From: an uncultured Bacteroidota bacterium
Lineage (GTDB): Bacteria; Bacteroidota; Bacteroidia; Chitinophagales; Chitinophagaceae
DNA length: 64,000 nucleotides
Direction: 5' to 3'
Assembly: GCA_963750825.1 (NCBI GenBank)
Contig: CAVVSL010000001.1
Coordinates: 2,253 to 66,252, forward strand
In this document: piece after piece, positions 59,676 through 64,000 of the stretch
Position numbering within the stretch: position 1 is the first letter of the stretch
Layout of the letters: each line of letters begins with the position of its first letter
Notes under the pieces: model-generated
The model's input: only the letters and a program-made list of their open reading frames with translations
Told to the model about the DNA's origin: nothing
The model's database searches: none
Position numbers and translations under genes: made by a program

Positions 59676-62600
59676 ATGACAGTAATAAAAATGAGAAATT
59701 TTTTCGGTAAGCATGCCCTGCTATTATTGGGTGTGCTATTCTCGTTTGTATATACTGCCACTGCCCAGGATTTCGGTGATGGCCTGGGAAATCATAAGGC
59801 CGATACTACCTTAGATATGAACAATAATTTTATTGTAAATGCTAAGGGTATTATCATTGGTAGCAGTGTTTTCGTAAACAATAGCAGTATAGCGCTGCAA
59901 ATAGGAGATAATGACAAAGCCCTTTTATTGTCAAGGGTTTTTGATACCAGTTCCATACTTATACCGGAACGTGGTATGATGATTTATAGCACTTTTGCCA
60001 AAAAGTTTTATGCCAGAGGCGAATTTTCCTGGATGGAGTTTGGAAACTTTGCCAATGGGGTAACCACCCTTAATTCCCAGATTGGGAATATTAAGATTTC
60101 AGGTGATTCAACCAGTACCAATACGGTGAGAATGACTTATTCCACTGCAACCAGTGAATGGGTGATTTCCGCCAGGGCGACTGCTCCTATATGGAATGCC
60201 AATAAGTTAATGGACAGGGCTATTTCCAATGCAGTGCCCACCAATGGGCAGGTATTACAATGGAACAGTACAACTTCTGCCTGGGAACCTACTACAGTAA
60301 GTTCATTAAATCTTTCCCTTACCAATGGGGCACAAACCGATTCAATAGTCACAACTTTGAATGGTGTCTTGCGAAAAATTCCATCCTCCAGTATCATTTT
60401 TGTTACGGATACAACTGGCATGCTTAGTAAGTACCTCCGTAAAAGTGACACAGCCCAGATGCTTAGTAACCTTTTACGGAAGAGTGATACTGCGACTATG
60501 TTGCAGGGTTATGTACGTACTGGTAACCTGCCTGCCTCTGGTGGAGTAACCAATGTTTCAGTTACAGCTACAAATGGAATAACGGCAAGTGTACTAAGTT
60601 CAACAACTACCCCCTCCATAACATTGGGACTTGGCGCCATTACCCCTTCATCAGTATTGGCATCAGGTGGCATTACAGGTACAACTTTAGGTGGCTTATT
60701 AACTACTGCTTCCCAACCCAATATTACTGCAGTAGGAACCCTCACGGGATTAACGGTAACCAGTGCGATTAATGGCTCTGTAACCGGTAATGCCGGAACG
60801 GCTACCAAACTGGCAACCCCCCGAACCATTAATGGTGTTGCCTTTGATGGCACTGCCAACATTACTGTACCAACAGGTGTTTCTGATGCGGGACTTTTAA
60901 CCGGCACTACCCTGGCACCCAATGTGGTAAATTCTTCACTGACCAGTGTGGGTACGCTAAGTAATTTGAGTGTAACAGGAACAATTCAGGCAGCTACTAT
61001 TGCCGGTACATTAACAACAGGAGCACAACCTAATATTACCGCAGTAGGAACCCTAACCGGATTAACGGTAACCAGTGCGATCAATGGCTCTGTAACCGGT
61101 AATGCCGGAACGGCCACCAAACTGGCAACCCCCCGAACCATTAATGGTGTTGCCTTTGATGGCACCGCCAACATTACTGTACCAACAGGTGTTTCAGATG
61201 CCGGAGCGCTTACTGGTACCACGCTGGCACCGAATGTGGTAAATTCTTCACTGACCAGTTTGGGTACATTAAGTAATTTGAGTGTCACTGGCACCGTTCA
61301 GGCGGCTACTATTTCCGGTACCCTTACTGCTGGAGCACAACCTAATATTACCGCAGTGGGAACCCTAACCGGATTGACCGTTACAAGCCCGATTAATGGC
61401 TCTGTAACCGGTAATGCCGGAACAGCTACCAAACTGTCTACCCCCAGAACCATTAATGGTGTTGCTTTTGATGGTACAGCCAATATTACAGTGCCTACAG
61501 GTGTTTCAGATGCAGGACTATTAACTGGCACTACCCTGGCACCCAATGTGGTAAATTCTTCACTGACCAGTGTAGGGACTTTAAGTAATTTAAGTGTATC
61601 AGGTACTGTAGGTACAAATGCATTGAATGCCACTACAGCTACTATTACCACTGCTAATATCACCAATCTTGCTGGCTTAGGTAATTTAAGTGTAACGGGA
61701 ACAATTGAATCTGCTAATATTTCTGGTACGCTAACAAACGGAGTACAACCTAATATTACTGCAGTAGGGAACCTTACGGGATTAACGGTAACAAGCGCCA
61801 TCAATGGATCTTTAACTGGCAATGCGGGAACGGCTACCAAACTGGCAACACCCAGAACCATTAATGGCGTTGCCTTTGATGGTACAGCCAATATAACCAT
61901 AGCAACAGGAGTATCTGATGCAGGAACGCTTACTGGTACTACCCTGGCACCGAATGTGGTAAATTCTTCACTGACCAGTGTGGGCACCTTGAGTAATTTG
62001 AGTGTAACAGGAACGGTAGCATCTACTACGATCAGTTCTGTCAATGCTAATATCACGAACCTTGCGGGCTTAAGTAACTTAAGTGTAACGGGCACGGTGC
62101 AGGCGGCAAACCTGTCGGGCACACTGACTACAGTAGCGCAGCCTAATATTACCAGCGTTGGTCAGTTAAGTAATTTGAGTGTAGCGGGCACAGTAGCGTC
62201 AAATACGATTAGTTCTGTTAATGCTAATATCACGAATCTTGCGGGCTTAGGTAACTTAAGTGTAACAGGAACAGTACAAGCCAATGCGCTCAGTGCTGCT
62301 ACTGCTAATATCACCAGTATAGCCGGTTTAAATAATTTAAGTGTAACGGGTACGGTACAGGCAACAAACCTGTCCGGTACGTTGACTACAGCAGCACAAC
62401 CTAATATTACGAGTATTGGTCAGCTGGGTAATTTATCGGTGAGTGGTGTAATAGAAGGCGGCACGTTTAGTGGGGTATTGGCCCAGGGCACACAGGCGGG
62501 TATTACGCAGGTGGGCACCTTGAGTAATTTGAGTGTAACAGGAACGGTAGCATCTACTACGATCAGTTCTGTCAATGCTAATATCACGAACCTTGCGGGC

Positions 62601-64000
62601 TTAAGTAACTTAAGTGTAACGGGCACGGTGCAGGCAGCAAACCTGTCAGGTACACTGACTACAGTAGCCCAGCCTAATATTACCAGCGTTGGTCAGTTAA
62701 GTAATTTGAGTGTAGCGGGCACAGTAGCTTCTAATACGATCAGTTCTGTTAATGCTAATATCACGAATCTTGCGGGCTTAGGTAACTTAAGTGTAACGGG
62801 AACAGTACAAGCCAATGCGCTCAGTGCTGCTACTGCTAATATCACCAGTATAGCCGGTTTAAATAATTTAAGTGTAACAGGAACAGTGCAGGCAACAAAC
62901 CTGTCCGGTACGTTGACTACAGCAGCACAACCTAATATTACGAGTATTGGTCAGCTGGGTAATTTATCGGTGAGTGGTGTAATAGAAGGCGGCACGTTTA
63001 GTGGGGTATTGGCCCAGGGCACACAGGCGGGTATTACGCAGGTGGGCACCTTGAGTAATTTGAGTGTAACAGGAACGGTAGCATCTACTACGATCAGTTC
63101 TGTCAATGCTAATATCACGAACCTTGCGGGCTTAAGTAACTTAAGTGTAACGGGCACGGTGCAGGCGACAAATCTGTCAGGCACACTGACTACAGTAGCG
63201 CAGCCTAATATTACCAGCGTTGGTCAGTTAAGTAATTTGAGTGTAGCGGGCACAGTAGCGTCAAATACGATCAGTTCTGTTAATGCTAATATCACGAATC
63301 TTGCGGGCTTAGGTAACTTAAGTGTAACAGGAACAGTACAAGCCAATGCGCTCAGTGCTGCTACTGCTAATATCACCAGTATAGCCGGTTTAAATAACTT
63401 AAGTGTAACGGGTACGGTACAGGCAACAAACCTGTCCGGTACGTTGACTACAGCAGCACAACCTAATATTACGAGTATTGGTCAGCTGGGTAATTTATCG
63501 GTGAGTGGTGTAATAGAAGGCGGCACGTTTAGTGGGGTATTGGCCCAGGGCACACAGGCGGGTATTACGCAGGTGGGCACCTTGAGTAATTTGAGTGTAA
63601 CAGGAACGGTAGCATCTACTACGATCAGTTCTGTCAATGCTAATATCACGAACCTTGCGGGCTTAAGTAACTTAAGTGTAACGGGCACGGTGCAGGCGGC
63701 AAACCTGTCAGGCACACTGACTACAGTAGCGCAGCCTAATATTACCAGCGTTGGTCAGTTAAGTAATTTGAGTGTAGCGGGCACAGTAGCGTCAAATACG
63801 ATCAGTTCTGTCAATGCTAATATCACGAATCTTGCGGGCTTAGGTAACTTAAGTGTAACAGGAACAGTACAAGCCAATGCGCTCAGTGCTGCTACTGCTA
63901 ATATCACCAGTATAGCCGGTTTAAATAATTTAAGTGTAACGGGTACAGTACAGGCAACAAACCTGTCAGGCACTTTGACTACAGCAGCACAACCTAATAT
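59676..64000 (+). CDS. Giant secreted phage-tail-fibre-like repeat protein (partial, at least 1441 codons; absent from the ORF track)
   Basis: ATG at 59676 (alternative 59691) gives MTVIKMRNFFGKHALLLLGVLFSFVYTATA|QDFGDGLGNHKA. The same frame still reads ...QATNLSGTLTTAAQPN at the window end. It contains TATKLATPRTINGVAFDGTANIT four times and many QPNIT/LSNLSVTG modules. Confidence 0.92.
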   Translation, partial: MTVIKMRNFFGKHALLLLGVLFSFVYTATAQDFGDGLGNHKADTTLDMNNNFIVNAKGIIIGSSVFVNNSSIALQIGDNDKALLLSRVFDTSSILIPERGMMIYSTFAKKFYARGEFSWMEFGNFANGVTTLNSQIGNIKISGDSTSTNTVRMTYSTATSEWVISARATAPIWNANKLMDRAISNAVPTNGQVLQWNSTTSAWEPTTVSSLNLSLTNGAQTDSIVTTLNGVLRKIPSSSIIFVTDTTGMLSKYLRKSDTAQMLSNLLRKSDTATMLQGYVRTGNLPASGGVTNVSVTATNGITASVLSSTTTPSITLGLGAITPSSVLASGGITGTTLGGLLTTASQPNITAVGTLTGLTVTSAINGSVTGNAGTATKLATPRTINGVAFDGTANITVPTGVSDAGLLTGTTLAPNVVNSSLTSVGTLSNLSVTGTIQAATIAGTLTTGAQPNITAVGTLTGLTVTSAINGSVTGNAGTATKLATPRTINGVAFDGTANITVPTGVSDAGALTGTTLAPNVVNSSLTSLGTLSNLSVTGTVQAATISGTLTAGAQPNITAVGTLTGLTVTSPINGSVTGNAGTATKLSTPRTINGVAFDGTANITVPTGVSDAGLLTGTTLAPNVVNSSLTSVGTLSNLSVSGTVGTNALNATTATITTANITNLAGLGNLSVTGTIESANISGTLTNGVQPNITAVGNLTGLTVTSAINGSLTGNAGTATKLATPRTINGVAFDGTANITIATGVSDAGTLTGTTLAPNVVNSSLTSVGTLSNLSVTGTVASTTISSVNANITNLAGLSNLSVTGTVQAANLSGTLTTVAQPNITSVGQLSNLSVAGTVASNTISSVNANITNLAGLGNLSVTGTVQANALSAATANITSIAGLNNLSVTGTVQATNLSGTLTTAAQPNITSIGQLGNLSVSGVIEGGTFSGVLAQGTQAGITQVGTLSNLSVTGTVASTTISSVNANITNLAGLSNLSVTGTVQAANLSGTLTTVAQPNITSVGQLSNLSVAGTVASNTISSVNANITNLAGLGNLSVTGTVQANALSAATANITSIAGLNNLSVTGTVQATNLSGTLTTAAQPNITSIGQLGNLSVSGVIEGGTFSGVLAQGTQAGITQVGTLSNLSVTGTVASTTISSVNANITNLAGLSNLSVTGTVQATNLSGTLTTVAQPNITSVGQLSNLSVAGTVASNTISSVNANITNLAGLGNLSVTGTVQANALSAATANITSIAGLNNLSVTGTVQATNLSGTLTTAAQPNITSIGQLGNLSVSGVIEGGTFSGVLAQGTQAGITQVGTLSNLSVTGTVASTTISSVNANITNLAGLSNLSVTGTVQAANLSGTLTTVAQPNITSVGQLSNLSVAGTVASNTISSVNANITNLAGLGNLSVTGTVQANALSAATANITSIAGLNNLSVTGTVQATNLSGTLTTAAQPN
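60714..61979 (+). repeat. Four coding repeats of about 312 bp (104 aa), the third lengthened by 96 bp
   Basis: QPNIT codons start at 60714, 61026, 61338 and 61746 (spacings 312, 312, 408). Confidence 0.9.
61980..64000 (+). repeat. 531-bp (177-aa) near-identical coding tandem repeat, at least 3.8 copies
   Basis: Unit start GTGGGCACCTTGAGTAAT at 61980, 62511, 63042 and 63573. Confidence 0.95.

Noticed and set aside
60137-63973. Minus-strand repeated ORFs (MPVTLKLL..., MPDRF...)
   Set aside because: Antisense shadows of the long plus-strand fibre ORF.
61980-64000. Possible CRISPR array or non-coding satellite
   Set aside because: Periods are multiples of 3 within an open frame, there are no unique spacers, and variation is mainly synonymous.
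57536-64000. Prophage call based on tail-fibre motifs
   Set aside because: No integrase, capsid, terminase, tail-tube or lysis genes in view, and all four products carry export signals.

Overview
Chromosomal window from a Bacteroidota bacterium, most likely Chitinophagaceae (TAnnTTTG promoters, T9SS cargo proteins, type III glutamine synthetase, efp-accB-accC order). Most of it is housekeeping (aspS, sucD, efp, accBC, glnA III, purL, hldD, proC, pyrG, yidC, comA, aroE, rdgB, ilvE, rpsL, rpsG) mixed with large secreted proteins (alpha-2-macroglobulin, an 8-PKD protein, a 2502-aa T9SS protein). The left edge has a circularly permuted ATP-grasp / alpha-E / transglutaminase operon. The most unusual region is the right end, where fusA would normally follow rpsG. 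It carries a lipoprotein, a miniature T9SS cargo protein, a short fibre-base protein and an ORF missing from the supplied track (59676 to beyond 64000, at least 1441 codons). That ORF has a signal peptide and is built from phage tail-fibre-like motifs and a 531-bp tandem repeat, suggesting a surface-fibre system. Other points of interest are an EF-P with a non-canonical Arg32 loop (NKTARAAA) and no adjacent earP, a TPR gene broken at GGG-TGA, and a LytTR-like triple repeat upstream of an unannotated small ORF or RNA. No tRNA, rRNA, CRISPR array or transposase was seen.
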